Source of the DNA: an uncultured virus (IMG/VR IMGVR_UViG_3300033170_000307)
Lineage: Duplodnaviria > Heunggongvirae > Uroviricota > Caudoviricetes
IMG/VR virus record: IMGVR_UViG_3300033170_000307
Direction: 5' to 3' (one strand)
DNA: 64,000 bases
Shown here in pieces: positions 1-10,322 of the stretch. Within the stretch, counting starts at the first letter, position 1, and each line of letters starts with the position of its first letter. The position numbers and the translations under genes were made by a program. Under the pieces are notes generated by a model. That model had not been told where the DNA came from. It saw nothing but the letters and a program-made list of their open reading frames with translations, and ran no database searches.

Positions 1-3000
1 CCGCTCCGTCAAGCGGTTGAAGCCCCGCCCCATGCTCGGGAACAAGTCCCCAGCCTCGTTACCCATGATGAATTGAGACAGGCGGTCGAGGCGACCGGAA
101 GCACCGGCACGCAGACGACCGATGCCGGCCATTGCTGGCCTGAAGCCGCCCTCAGTCTCGAACATCCAGTCGGCGGCGCGCTGGCCCCACGCCATAGGTC
201 GTGAGGTCAGACGGTTGAAGCCCCGACCCAAGCGCGGGAACAGGTCCCCAGCCTCGTTCCCCATGATGAACTGCGATGTGCGGTCCATGCCGGCCCCGAT
301 ACCGCCTACCATGCGGTTGAAGCCGCGCCCCAGGGCCGCAGATGAGCGCTCGTAAGCCGACATGAACGCCTCTTCGCCACGACCAATGGTTCCCAGGAAG
401 CTATCCCAGGCGGGGCCTACACGGCGAAGCGTGGTTGCAGGCCAACTGTGATAGCGGCCAGCAGCCTGTGCCTGCTCCGCCAAGCGAGAGAAGCGCGTTG
501 CGTTTGACGCGGCGGGCAAGCCAGCATCGGCGAGCCGCTGCCTGATTACATCAGTGTACTGCGGGCCGAACGCCCCGCCCTTCCGCAGGAGCCAGTTCAG
601 GTCGGCCAAAGCACGTGAGCTGCTACCGGCTGTGGGGTCGAAACCATCTCGGAGCAGACCCGGTTCGGTGTTCAGTTGCTCAGCAATGCGGAGGAGCAAG
701 TCCGGGGAGCGGCGAAGAGCCGCGCTACCGAACGGAATCTCACCCGCAGCAGAGCCGTAGCGCTGGCCTCGCTGAATGAAGCGTCGCGCGGTCTCTTCAT
801 CTGGAGAAACGTAGCCGCCTTCGGCGTACCCACGGATACCGCTCAGCAGGCCAAGCAGGGCGCCGGTGCCGCCCTTGGTGCGCCCCTGCTCCAGTGCCGG
901 GCCCAATACGGCAGCCATGCCAGCAGGCAGCACATACTCGCCCTTGTTGAGCCAGGCGAGGAAGCTGTCCTTGCTCTTGTGAGGAGACTGAGCTACGATG
1001 CGGTCAGAGAACCCGCCTTCGGCCAGCCCCGCCCCAAAGATACGCCCCTTGCTCGTGTCAGCACCCTCGGTGCTTCCACCGGGGGCCCCAACCGCACCAG
1101 CGAAGATGCCCACAGCGCGGTAGAACGTCATCGCGGCTTCGTTCAGCACATTCTCGGGCGCGCCGCTGTAAGCTCCGCTTCCCGCCAAGTCTGAGGATGC
1201 GTAGAGCTGGTTCTCCAGCAGCGAGTACGCAGAAGGACCGCCCTGAGCGAAGCTGGGCAGCCTGATGCCCATGGGCATCTCGCCCCCAAAGGCTCGGGCG
1301 TTTGCGGCCATCCCGCCAACGTAGGCGCCGGCAATCTGAGAGATGGCCCGCGACGATGCCTCTTCGTACTTGCGGTCAAGCGCCAAGGCGGCTTCGTGCT
1401 GAGAGCCCCCGAGTCCGATGGACGCTGACATGGAAGACGCCATGGCGTCTGCGGCCATGGTCTTCTGCACCTCGTACATCGCCCACGCGGCGTCTCGGCT
1501 CGCCTTGACGGCCTGCCCCACTTCGCTCCACACGTTGTAGAGCTCAAGCGATGAGTCCTGGAGGCTCTTGATGTTCTCGACGGCTTCACGCAGGGCCTCG
1601 GCCGTCTGGCGGGTGACATCCAACGCCCGGCGCGCACTATCCAGATAACCATTGAGAGCTTGGTCTGCCTCGGAGATTTCCAGCGATACGTAGTCTGCGG
1701 CGCCGGCCTGATTTTGCTTGGCGGCGCGTGCGTCCTCGCGAGCATCGCGGATAATCTCTTCATCACTGCGGGTGTCGCCCTTGCGGCGCCGTTTCATGAT
1801 GCTAGACTGCAGGTTGCGCCGGGCGAGGGCCGCCTGGCCCATGGATTCATTGTACTGCTGCTGGGCCTCGTACATCTGGTTCATGGCGCCAGCCATGGGG
1901 CCGGTGAGCCGACTCGCGGCGGTGGAGCCGTAGGCGCCCACACCAACGGCTACGCCACTGGTTGTGAACTGCTTGTTGATGGACGACATGACCCGCATGA
2001 CTTCGGTCGTGGTCTGGCCCAGCCGCTTGATGCGGTCATCAAAGACTTCCAGAGACTTGGTGGTTTCCTGGAATGTCAGCTCGGCCTTGCGGTCGCCGGC
2101 GATAGCCTTGAAGTTGTCGCCGGAGGCAGCAATGTGCCTTTGCGCCTCTTCTACTGTCTTGAAGAGGCCGACCAGGGAAGTGTCGCCCTTCTCTGTGGCT
2201 TGGGTGAGCGCGTACTGCTTGGCGTCATTATCCCAACCCAACGAGTAGACGCGACGGTCGGTGCGGCGGTCGTTGGAACCCCGCCAGGAGTACAGCATGG
2301 CGTCCTTGCCAGACTGTGCCGCCTGCCCGAACGCGCCCAAAGCAGAGTCTCCCTCGACCACATACCGATTGGGACTGAGAGACTCGAAGATTTCGAAGAC
2401 AGAGGCGTCTTGGCGCAACTGAGGGGCCGCGATGCCGAGACGCATAGCGACTTCACGGGTAGCTTCACCCATGTGCCCAGCCATCAATTGGTTCTGGAGC
2501 TTGGGGTCTGCCCCGGCCTTTTGGCCGCCGATGGTTACCGCCATATCGCGCAGGTCCAGCGACTGACGGATGCCGGTCATGCCGCCTTCGTTGGCGGGGA
2601 CCCAGGTAGTGAGTCCTCTAACTGTGGCTCCAAGGGCAGACAAGCGCTCGGTGCCACGGCCTCGGCTCATGTCACCGATAGCCCCAGCGTAGGCGTTGAG
2701 CGCGGCCTGCTTGGATGCGCTATCGAGCCCCACAACGCCGCTGCCATCGCCAACTCCAAACTTGTACCCGAGTTCCTGTATGCGACGCTGGAGCTCGTCG
2801 CGCTCAATGACTTGGGCGATACCAAGAGCCCCGAACTTGCGTTCGTCCTGGTTGATTTGGTCTACCCGCTCGCGAGCCTCATAGAGGGGCCGCAGGCGAA
2901 TCTGGCGGTTCTGTACCCGCTCGATTTCGCGCTCTTCGGGCGTGGTCTTCAGATAGTGGGCGGCAACCCCTACCCCGGTCAGCAGGCCGACAGCGGATAT

Positions 3001-6000
3001 CACGATGGCCATGACGCGGCTCATGTTCTTGATGTGGCCGATGAAGCCGCCGATGATAGAAGTGCCACCCAGAAGCGAACTCGTGAAGCCTTCCACGGCG
3101 CCACGAGCGGCTACCGCCTCGGCCGCCTCGGCAGCGACAATGGGGGAACGAGCCGTCAGGCGGTAACCCTCCTGCAGGGCTCGCCCGAAGCTGTTGCGAC
3201 CCAGCCACCCAGAAACTGCTGACCCAGCCGCGCCTACCGCCTTGGCTCCTGCATTGATGACGCCCCCAACTCCGGTCTCAACAGCTCCTACGGGACCCAC
3301 TGCTCGGCCTGCGTTGGCCAGCATGCGTAAGTGGCCCATGTTGAGAGCGGCCTCTCCCCCAAAGATGCGGGACATCATGTTGAGGCCGGTCACACCAGCG
3401 ATGCCGTAGAGGGAGTTGACAAGAACGCCCTGAGCCATGGGCGGAGCTGCGCTTACAGCGCCGACGACATTCTGCGCGACGCTGACGCCGCTTCGCGCAA
3501 TATTGAGGCCGCCGCCCTCGAAGAACGAGCTGGACATGACACCTTGGACATTGGCCTTGAGCTTGGCGAACTGGCCCGCCAAGGTGTCCATTCGGATGCC
3601 TACCTCTCGGTTGGCAGCCCCGAAGCCCTCGGAGCTTCTGGCTGCAGCATCCAAAACCGTGCGGTAGTCGCCCAGAACGGCGGAGAGGCGGTTGACCTGC
3701 CTTACGCCACCAGCCATACCCAGGGCGATGGATTCCTGCTGAGCTCGGGTGAGCGTGCCCCACTTGCTAGCCAGGTCGCCCAAGATTTCCTGCGCCGGGC
3801 GCAACTCTCGCACGCCGTTGACGACTTCATGAGTGGCGACACCAATCTGGTTGAGCTCACGAGCCGCGTCCGTCGTGTACATCTTCGCGAACACGGTCTT
3901 GAGCATGTTCCCGATTTCGGAACCAGCGGCGCCAGTGGCGCGCACGCCGCCAGCGATAAGACCGTTGAGCGTGTCGAAGTCAACGCCGGCCATCTTGGCC
4001 GAGGCGCCGGCCCGAGCCACACCCTCAGCCAGGTCTTCCATCGTAACCTGGGCGTTGTTGGTGACGTTGGTCCAGCTATCAACGATGCGGCCAACATCAG
4101 ATGCCGCGAAGCCCATTTCGTTAATGGTGGCTTCGAGGTACTTGTTAGCCTGGGCCAAGTCAATGTTGTCCACCTTGGAGAGCTTGATGCTCTCGCGGGT
4201 GAGTTCCAGGACCTGGTAGACGTTCTTGTACTGGCGCTCCCAGAGGTGAGCCGCCTGGGTAACGTTGGTCAGAGACTGGCCGTAGTCATTGGCGATGCCG
4301 ATGAACTCTTTGCGCACGCGCCCCAGGTCGCTGTAGCCGGGCTGCAGAACGCGGCTGGTGGCCAGCTCTTCTTCGAACTTGGTCATGAGGCTGTAGGCGC
4401 CACGAACCGCCGCCATGAAGTTGTAGACGGCGCCGGTGGCTACCGCCCACAGACCAACCTTCTCGATGGCGTTGGTGATGTCTCCGCCCACACGAGCGAA
4501 GCCGAGCTGCCCCTGCTCAGGGATGGCCTTGACGCCGCGAGCCGTCTGCGTCATGCTGTACTGCTGTTCGAGGAGAGTGTGCCCGCCAGGGCTGGTCCAC
4601 TGGACCGGAACCTTGTCGTAGACACGCCCCATGCTGCGCAGGTTACCGATGCCAGGAACCTGTGAGAGAGCGTCCAGGCTCTTCTCGATTTCCTGGGCCC
4701 TCATCCTGAGCAGGTTCTGGACCTCAGCGTGTGCCTGGGGTGTGGGCAGTGCCTGGATGGAGCGTCCCATTTCTGGAGACGCGATGACTTCGCCGCCAGC
4801 AGTGCGGAGGAAGCGCACGCCAACCTCTTGGCCCGCGACCCGCATCTTCTCGCGGCCGACTTCACCGTAGAACGCGCCCTCATCAGTCATGGCGTTGCCG
4901 GCGCCGCGAGCGTCTCGGGCCAGCTCGTCAAACACGGCGCTCAGGTTGCGGGCGTGTGTGGCAACCTCATCGAATGAGCGGAAGACCTTGCCTTCTGGAG
5001 CGACATCCTGCAGATGGGGCGAGACCCTCCCATTGGGGTCGGCGGAGATTCCCCAGCGCAGCATGCGCCGGTTCATGTTCCCGTAGGAGTCCACGACATT
5101 GATGGGGCGGATGTTCTCGCCAACTCGTTCCAATTGTGCGCGGCGCATGTCGCGGGCGATGTCTGCTTCACTAGCATTGGCGCCCAACTTCTCGCGGGCC
5201 TTCTCCCGCATCTTCTCGTTCTCTGCCGCTTCGAGTGCCCGGAGGACGCCCGGCAGGTCAGTCCGGTTGACCGGCATCATCCCGGACGGAGTGCGCGGCA
5301 CAACCTGAACTCCAGAGCCGGTGGCGATGTAGTCTACGGCCGTTGATGCCAGGCCGTGGCCCACCTTGCCAGAGGCTACTGACTGGCCCAGGAACCCGTA
5401 ATCAAGAGCGTGGCCCGCGCGCTCGGCGCGGATTTCGTCGGCGGTCATACCCGGTCGAGACGGGTGGTAGTTGCTGAACAATTCCTTGGCGTACACTTCG
5501 GCTTGCGCCCTGGCCTGCTCCATGTTGGCGGCGTTCGCGTTGCCGCGAATGACGCGCTGCAGATTGCCTTCGGTGTCGGGACGGAACTCTAGCCCGATGC
5601 TGGCTTCTTCCGAGCCAACCTGGTACTGGCGCCCGAAGCGGCCGTACCCCACGCTCTGGGCATACTGCCTTCTAGCACTCGACACATCCTCCGAACCCAG
5701 TTTCGGGAAGGCCCCCACAGCCTGGGCGTCAAACTGCTTCTGCAGCTCACGCTGTAGCCTGAAGCTCTCTTCGTATGCCCAGACCCTCTGCTTGAAATCG
5801 CCATCTTCGGGCGGTGGGGGGTTGTCACCGCTGCCACCGTTGCCGCCGCCGTTATTGCCGCCCCCCATGGGGGCGATGGGACGAACCCGGCCATCGGGAG
5901 GAGGTGTTTGACCTCCGCCGCCTCCGCTGCCTCCGCCGCCCGTCTGAGTGGGCGGGGCAATTCCAACCGACTGTACGCTTCCACGTTCTACCTGCGGGGT

Positions 6001-9000
6001 GGCGGCGCTTCCACCACGCTCGGTGAGGGTGCCAATCTGCTGGCTCAGGCTGGCGATAGCCTGGGACAGGTGGTTGATGGGCCCAATGAGGGCATCGAGG
6101 GTGAAAGCACCACCCGAGCCGATACCTACGGTTCCGGGAACTGAGCCAATGCCCACTCCCGCCCCAGAAGAGAACTCTCCTGGGTAGTGTTCATTGATGG
6201 CATTCATCAGGGAACCACCTTCTCCAGTGATTTGGCCGGCTGGCCACGCGCCGTGTCTTTGGGCCAGCACACTTGCATCATCCACAACCCAGGGCGGCAG
6301 TTCGCCTGTAGCCTTGGCCGAGTGGAGACCGGCAGACATAGCATGCAATTCCTGCATGCCAGCCCCGCCTGGTCGGTATCTGCGGCCGGTAGCATCTGCC
6401 CACTGGGAAATGAAGTCGTCTAGGGTTATGAACTGCTTGGCAGACGAGAGGCCATACGCCTTGGTGAGGGCGCCCATCTCGTCCTTCATCACGTCTTGCA
6501 AAGGCATCCCCGAGAGCTGAGACAGGTGTTGGGCGGCCGCGTTGGTGACGCCACCTCCCACGCCGAGCGCTCCGAGGTACTTAGTGAGGTTGCCGCCGAA
6601 CGCTTCCAGAAGGCCGCGTCGGCTCAGGTTTCCGGTCTGCTCCTGGGACAGGCCGGGGAGCATCTTGGTCAGCTCTCCCTGCGACATACCCCCGGTCTCA
6701 AAGAATGGGACATTGGCAGCCTGGGTCCTGAAGAAATTGGCGATGGCTTCGAGCTTGGCCGGGTCGCCCTTGGCGGCAGTGATGGCCTGGATGAGGTTGG
6801 TGTCGCCGTACTTCATACCGGACGCAACCTGGTGCAGGCGCAGGAGGCCGTAGCCCCTGTGGTTAGCCTTGGAAACCCCGCCAAAGAGAGCGGCATAGTA
6901 GGGGTCGCGGTTGTACAGCCCCATCATGCTGCTGGCGTTAGCCATCCCTGAGAGCTTGGGCATGCCGCTGGTCATACGACCAGAAGCCAGGACGCCCAAC
7001 GAGCTCGGGGTGAGGAACTCTGGCGCCAGCGGCGTCAGGACCCCGCCGCCCAGGCCGCCTTCTCCCATCGGGACTCCCAGGCGCTCTCCCCACAGCCGCA
7101 TGGCCTGGTTGACGTAGGCTCCACCAGACCCCCAATTGGACGGGCCTTCCTTGCCAGGGAACAGGCCGCCGAGAGATTCCATCAGGGAACTGAAGTGGGA
7201 CCTGGCGTTCGTCATGGCAGCGCCGGTGGGGTTGGCGCGGAACTCGGCGGCCACCTTGCGGCGGAACTCGATGAAGTGGCCCGAGAGAGCCTTCATCTGC
7301 TCTTCGTTGATGCCTACCGTGCCCTTACCCTTCTTTTCATCGAAGAAGCCGGGCGCAGCCTTCTCGAACGCCTTGGCCACATCGGCCACGAACGCCGTAT
7401 CGCTGCCGCTGTAGTTGGCGGCGGCCAGCGCCAACGCCTCTTCGCTTGTCGGAAGCGATGAGTAGAAGCGCCAGGCGTCAAGCGGAGTTGAACGCTTACC
7501 GGAGCGGCCACCGGAGGAGTCCTGCTTCCAGAACTCGCCCATGCCCGAGCCCTTGCTGAGGGCGTTGAACCATTCTCGGCCGGCCCCGGAGTGGAACTCT
7601 CGGAAGGAGCGGATGTTCTGGGAAACGAGAGCCTGCAGCGGGCGGACGAAACTATCGGGCCTGGTCTGGACGCCGGGGCCCAGACGAGACATCACTCGCT
7701 GCACCTGCCGCATGGGGAACTGCCCGCCCTCGTAGCCGATGATGGGGAGAGAGCCCTGCTGCAGGGATTCGATGATGGTACCCAGCTCCGCGCCGGCGCT
7801 GGCTATGAACTGTCCGATGGCCCCCTTGGCCACGCTCGCGCGCGCCCCACCAGTGGCAAACTGCAGAGTGTCCTGGCCGTACATCGGGGCGCCCGCCACA
7901 GACAGCATGCGGAGCATGTCCCCGAGCTCGGCAGCGAGTGCGCGGCGGGAGTCTGAGCCCGGAGCGGCGGCGCCACGGCGGCGGATGAGGTCGGCCAAAA
8001 CGCGCCCGACCTGCTCGCGTTCGGTGGCGGTCAGGCGAAGCTGGTTATTGAGCCCCTGGGGCGTGAACGACGAAGCGGCGTAGGACTGGCCACCCATGCT
8101 GATGGGCTGGCCTGGCCGGGAGCCGAGGTTGCCCGTGTACAGGTTCATCATGGCTGAGATGCCATGGCTGGTGCCCTGCCACTGCAAAAGCGTCTGCAGG
8201 TAGCCTCGGATGTCTTGCGGGGAGCGGCCGAAGATGGCTACGGGGGCCATGAAGTCGGGCTCGGCGGTTGAGCCGAAACCAGAACCCCCCGTGGACACGC
8301 GCCCGTACCGGGTCATCATCCGCTGGGTTGTCCAGCCGGAGTCTGAGCGGGTGATGGGCATGTAGGGGATGGTCTCGCCGTTGGCGTCCAGGGCGCGGGC
8401 ACCGCTGGGCGGCACCGTAGCCAACAGGTTACGGAGCTCAGCCAAGTCGGCGCGCCCGGACGTGCGGTAGTGCTTCGCAATCATGTCCAAGATGGCCTGG
8501 CGAACCGGGGCTTCGGTGAGCGGGTTCTTATGGCCGGCGCCGCCAGAGTAGCCTGTGGCGCTCATGAACGTGCGGAAAGCCTGGGGGTCCACTCCGGCGC
8601 GGCGAAGCTGCTGCTCGAACTCTGTGGCGTAACCGGCGCCCTTGCTGCTGGTGTCCAGGTTGAGGCGCGGGTTGGTGCGCGACGCAATCTGCTGGTCCCA
8701 CATGCCTCGCAGCATGCTGGCTTCAACATAGCGAGGGGCGCTGCCAACTACCTGCTGCTCGTCAACGCGCTGCAAGTTGCTGAAGCGGCGCGCCGACTCT
8801 TCGATGGCGCGCGTCACGGCGGCCTCGACCTGAGCCCGAGTGGCCTGGTTCAGCTTCGATGCGAACTCCTGGGAGTTGCCGGCCCCGAACTGCTGCGCCA
8901 CGGCGCGGCGCACCATCTCGACGGCTTCGGCCCAGAGACTGCCGGGGCGCTTGTCGGTGGTGATGAGCGCGCCGGATGAGTCGCGCAGGTTGCCCTGGTT

Positions 9001-9534
9001 CTTCGTGAGCCAGTCGTTGACGCTTCGACCTACGGCCTGGTCTACCGTGGTCTTGATGATGCGGTCGAAGTTCGTCTTGAGAGAGTCCAGGTCTTTCTGG
9101 AAGCCAGCCTGGACCTTCTGCCGGTCGGGGTGAGTGGACTGGTAGAGCGGATGCGCGTAGCTGCCGCCATAGACCGTGCCGGCGCCGCCACCGGAGCGAG
9201 CGGTGCCGACCCCTTGGTTGGTAGCGGTGCTCATGACACGGCGCATTTCGTCAAGACTGCGCTGCATAGCGGCAGTCTCGCGGCGGATGCTATCGTGCAC
9301 GCTGTGGATGCGCGCGAGCATGGCTTCAGCTTCGGAGACTTGGGTGCGAAGAGCTGAGAGGTTGATGCCGGTTGCCTTGCCGGCGCCAGCAGAGGTGCCC
9401 ACTCCGGTATCGTTCAGTCTCTGGTTGAGGCTCGACACCTCGGAGACCAAGCGCTCGAAGTCGGTGATGTGCTGTTGGGCTGAGAAGTTGATGCCCGCTA
9501 CGGAATTGTAGGGGCCCTGGCCCTGGGGATTCAT
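1..9534 (-). CDS. Giant tail tape measure protein (>3,170 aa, runs off the left edge)
   Basis: ATG at 9534 with GAGGT RBS. No minus-strand ORF in the track terminates in this frame, so it appears open to position 1 (which is why it is absent from the track). Manual translation of ~4440-3700 gives a TP901-type TMP segment (IANDYGQSLTNV...IVDSWTNVTNNAQVTMEDLAEGVARAGASAKMAGVDFDTLNGLIAGGVRATGAAGSEIGNMLKTVF). It lies directly downstream of the tail chaperones. Confidence 0.9.
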   Translation of the reverse strand, partial: MNPQGQGPYNSVAGINFSAQQHITDFERLVSEVSSLNQRLNDTGVGTSAGAGKATGINLSALRTQVSEAEAMLARIHSVHDSIRRETAAMQRSLDEMRRVMSTATNQGVGTARSGGGAGTVYGGSYAHPLYQSTHPDRQKVQAGFQKDLDSLKTNFDRIIKTTVDQAVGRSVNDWLTKNQGNLRDSSGALITTDKRPGSLWAEAVEMVRRAVAQQFGAGNSQEFASKLNQATRAQVEAAVTRAIEESARRFSNLQRVDEQQVVGSAPRYVEASMLRGMWDQQIASRTNPRLNLDTSSKGAGYATEFEQQLRRAGVDPQAFRTFMSATGYSGGAGHKNPLTEAPVRQAILDMIAKHYRTSGRADLAELRNLLATVPPSGARALDANGETIPYMPITRSDSGWTTQRMMTRYGRVSTGGSGFGSTAEPDFMAPVAIFGRSPQDIRGYLQTLLQWQGTSHGISAMMNLYTGNLGSRPGQPISMGGQSYAASSFTPQGLNNQLRLTATEREQVGRVLADLIRRRGAAAPGSDSRRALAAELGDMLRMLSVAGAPMYGQDTLQFATGGARASVAKGAIGQFIASAGAELGTIIESLQQGSLPIIGYEGGQFPMRQVQRVMSRLGPGVQTRPDSFVRPLQALVSQNIRSFREFHSGAGREWFNALSKGSGMGEFWKQDSSGGRSGKRSTPLDAWRFYSSLPTSEEALALAAANYSGSDTAFVADVAKAFEKAAPGFFDEKKGKGTVGINEEQMKALSGHFIEFRRKVAAEFRANPTGAAMTNARSHFSSLMESLGGLFPGKEGPSNWGSGGAYVNQAMRLWGERLGVPMGEGGLGGGVLTPLAPEFLTPSSLGVLASGRMTSGMPKLSGMANASSMMGLYNRDPYYAALFGGVSKANHRGYGLLRLHQVASGMKYGDTNLIQAITAAKGDPAKLEAIANFFRTQAANVPFFETGGMSQGELTKMLPGLSQEQTGNLSRRGLLEAFGGNLTKYLGALGVGGGVTNAAAQHLSQLSGMPLQDVMKDEMGALTKAYGLSSAKQFITLDDFISQWADATGRRYRPGGAGMQELHAMSAGLHSAKATGELPPWVVDDASVLAQRHGAWPAGQITGEGGSLMNAINEHYPGEFSSGAGVGIGSVPGTVGIGSGGAFTLDALIGPINHLSQAIASLSQQIGTLTERGGSAATPQVERGSVQSVGIAPPTQTGGGGSGGGGGQTPPPDGRVRPIAPMGGGNNGGGNGGSGDNPPPPEDGDFKQRVWAYEESFRLQRELQKQFDAQAVGAFPKLGSEDVSSARRQYAQSVGYGRFGRQYQVGSEEASIGLEFRPDTEGNLQRVIRGNANAANMEQARAQAEVYAKELFSNYHPSRPGMTADEIRAERAGHALDYGFLGQSVASGKVGHGLASTAVDYIATGSGVQVVPRTPSGMMPVNRTDLPGVLRALEAAENEKMREKAREKLGANASEADIARDMRRAQLERVGENIRPINVVDSYGNMNRRMLRWGISADPNGRVSPHLQDVAPEGKVFRSFDEVATHARNLSAVFDELARDARGAGNAMTDEGAFYGEVGREKMRVAGQEVGVRFLRTAGGEVIASPEMGRSIQALPTPQAHAEVQNLLRMRAQEIEKSLDALSQVPGIGNLRSMGRVYDKVPVQWTSPGGHTLLEQQYSMTQTARGVKAIPEQGQLGFARVGGDITNAIEKVGLWAVATGAVYNFMAAVRGAYSLMTKFEEELATSRVLQPGYSDLGRVRKEFIGIANDYGQSLTNVTQAAHLWERQYKNVYQVLELTRESIKLSKVDNIDLAQANKYLEATINEMGFAASDVGRIVDSWTNVTNNAQVTMEDLAEGVARAGASAKMAGVDFDTLNGLIAGGVRATGAAGSEIGNMLKTVFAKMYTTDAARELNQIGVATHEVVNGVRELRPAQEILGDLASKWGTLTRAQQESIALGMAGGVRQVNRLSAVLGDYRTVLDAAARSSEGFGAANREVGIRMDTLAGQFAKLKANVQGVMSSSFFEGGGLNIARSGVSVAQNVVGAVSAAPPMAQGVLVNSLYGIAGVTGLNMMSRIFGGEAALNMGHLRMLANAGRAVGPVGAVETGVGGVINAGAKAVGAAGSAVSGWLGRNSFGRALQEGYRLTARSPIVAAEAAEAVAARGAVEGFTSSLLGGTSIIGGFIGHIKNMSRVMAIVISAVGLLTGVGVAAHYLKTTPEEREIERVQNRQIRLRPLYEARERVDQINQDERKFGALGIAQVIERDELQRRIQELGYKFGVGDGSGVVGLDSASKQAALNAYAGAIGDMSRGRGTERLSALGATVRGLTTWVPANEGGMTGIRQSLDLRDMAVTIGGQKAGADPKLQNQLMAGHMGEATREVAMRLGIAAPQLRQDASVFEIFESLSPNRYVVEGDSALGAFGQAAQSGKDAMLYSWRGSNDRRTDRRVYSLGWDNDAKQYALTQATEKGDTSLVGLFKTVEEAQRHIAASGDNFKAIAGDRKAELTFQETTKSLEVFDDRIKRLGQTTTEVMRVMSSINKQFTTSGVAVGVGAYGSTAASRLTGPMAGAMNQMYEAQQQYNESMGQAALARRNLQSSIMKRRRKGDTRSDEEIIRDAREDARAAKQNQAGAADYVSLEISEADQALNGYLDSARRALDVTRQTAEALREAVENIKSLQDSSLELYNVWSEVGQAVKASRDAAWAMYEVQKTMAADAMASSMSASIGLGGSQHEAALALDRKYEEASSRAISQIAGAYVGGMAANARAFGGEMPMGIRLPSFAQGGPSAYSLLENQLYASSDLAGSGAYSGAPENVLNEAAMTFYRAVGIFAGAVGAPGGSTEGADTSKGRIFGAGLAEGGFSDRIVAQSPHKSKDSFLAWLNKGEYVLPAGMAAVLGPALEQGRTKGGTGALLGLLSGIRGYAEGGYVSPDEETARRFIQRGQRYGSAAGEIPFGSAALRRSPDLLLRIAEQLNTEPGLLRDGFDPTAGSSSRALADLNWLLRKGGAFGPQYTDVIRQRLADAGLPAASNATRFSRLAEQAQAAGRYHSWPATTLRRVGPAWDSFLGTIGRGEEAFMSAYERSSAALGRGFNRMVGGIGAGMDRTSQFIMGNEAGDLFPRLGRGFNRLTSRPMAWGQRAADWMFETEGGFRPAMAGIGRLRAGASGRLDRLSQFIMGNEAGDLFPSMGRGFNRLTER

Positions 9535-9759
9535 CAACCGTGACCTCTTGGAAGGAAAAGCCTTCCGAGAATGAAGCACAGAGGCAGAGGCGGCCCGCTG
9601 TATGGAACCAGCTCGTACCTGGCTGTGCGCCGGTACGTATGGCTAGACCGCGAGTAGCCCTGACGGTAGATTCCGTCAGCGAAGGAAGCGGCGTAACAAA
9701 TGGGTTTGATAGCCGTTACCCCACCAGGGGGTGCCTTGCCATACACCATTTCCAGATAG

Positions 9760-9770
9760 GAAGTATTCCG
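9760..9770 (-). promoter_or_regulatory. Late-promoter-like motif CGGAATACTTC upstream of TMP
   Basis: Exact 11-mer shared with six other sites in the structural module; lies just after a terminator hairpin. Confidence 0.7.
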
Positions 9771-9777
9771 TGGCAAA

Positions 9778-9808
9778 CAGAAGCGCCCCCAAAAAGGGGG
9801 CGCTTCTG
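9778..9808 (-). terminator. Hairpin terminator after the tail chaperone
   Basis: Inverted repeat CAGAAGCGCCCCC-n-GGGGGCGCTTCTG. Confidence 0.6.
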
Positions 9809-9827
9809 CTGTCACGAGAGGGTGACA

Positions 9828-10322
9828 TTACTGAGTGGGGTGGATGCGCTGCATGTCCTCGAACGTCGGTTCTTCTAACACCATGACCGGCACGACGTTT
9901 TGGTTGGGCAGACTGATGGTACCACCCTTCTGGATGAGGTGCATTGGGTTCTCGGCGGCGGCAACATCTCGGGCGGTAAACGAGCCCTCAGACACATCGC
10001 CCAGAGCCTGTGGGGACCCAGGGGACTGTTTGGCAAACCGTTTGGCCGTCTCTATGTCGTGTTCCCGCTTACGCCGCTGTAGCCAGTCGTCCAGCAGATG
10101 GTCGTTGTTCACGATGTGGTCAGGAGGCCGGTCCATGCTGGCATTGACATCATCGTAGAACGCCGTCAGTGAACAGAGCATGACTTGCGCCTCCGTCCAT
10201 TCCTGCTGCGACTTACCAGGGAACGGAGGCACACCCAGCTCTTTGGCTACTCGCCAGATGTCGCGCCATCGTCGGCCGGCTGTGCCGGCTCCTCGGGCGA
10301 GGGCGCGGAGAACTTCAAAGGG
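9828..10322 (-). CDS. Tail assembly chaperone, -1 frameshift extension (lambda gpT-like)
   Basis: The -1 frame is open from the slippery site at 10316-10322 into ORF 9828..10232; position is immediately before the TMP. Confidence 0.75.
   Translation of the reverse strand, partial: PFEVLRALARGAGTAGRRWRDIWRVAKELGVPPFPGKSQQEWTEAQVMLCSLTAFYDDVNASMDRPPDHIVNNDHLLDDWLQRRKREHDIETAKRFAKQSPGSPQALGDVSEGSFTARDVAAAENPMHLIQKGGTISLPNQNVVPVMVLEEPTFEDMQRIHPTQ

Noticed and set aside
676..9357. Long plus-strand ORFs (for example 1660..3222 and 3331..4665)
   Set aside because: Antisense shadows in register with the minus-strand TMP frame in GC-rich DNA; the same applies to plus ORFs opposite tail, portal and terminase genes.
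4440..9534. Virion RNA polymerase domain within the giant ORF
   Set aside because: I found no DxDGD/NADFDGD motif in the parts translated by hand; not fully excluded.
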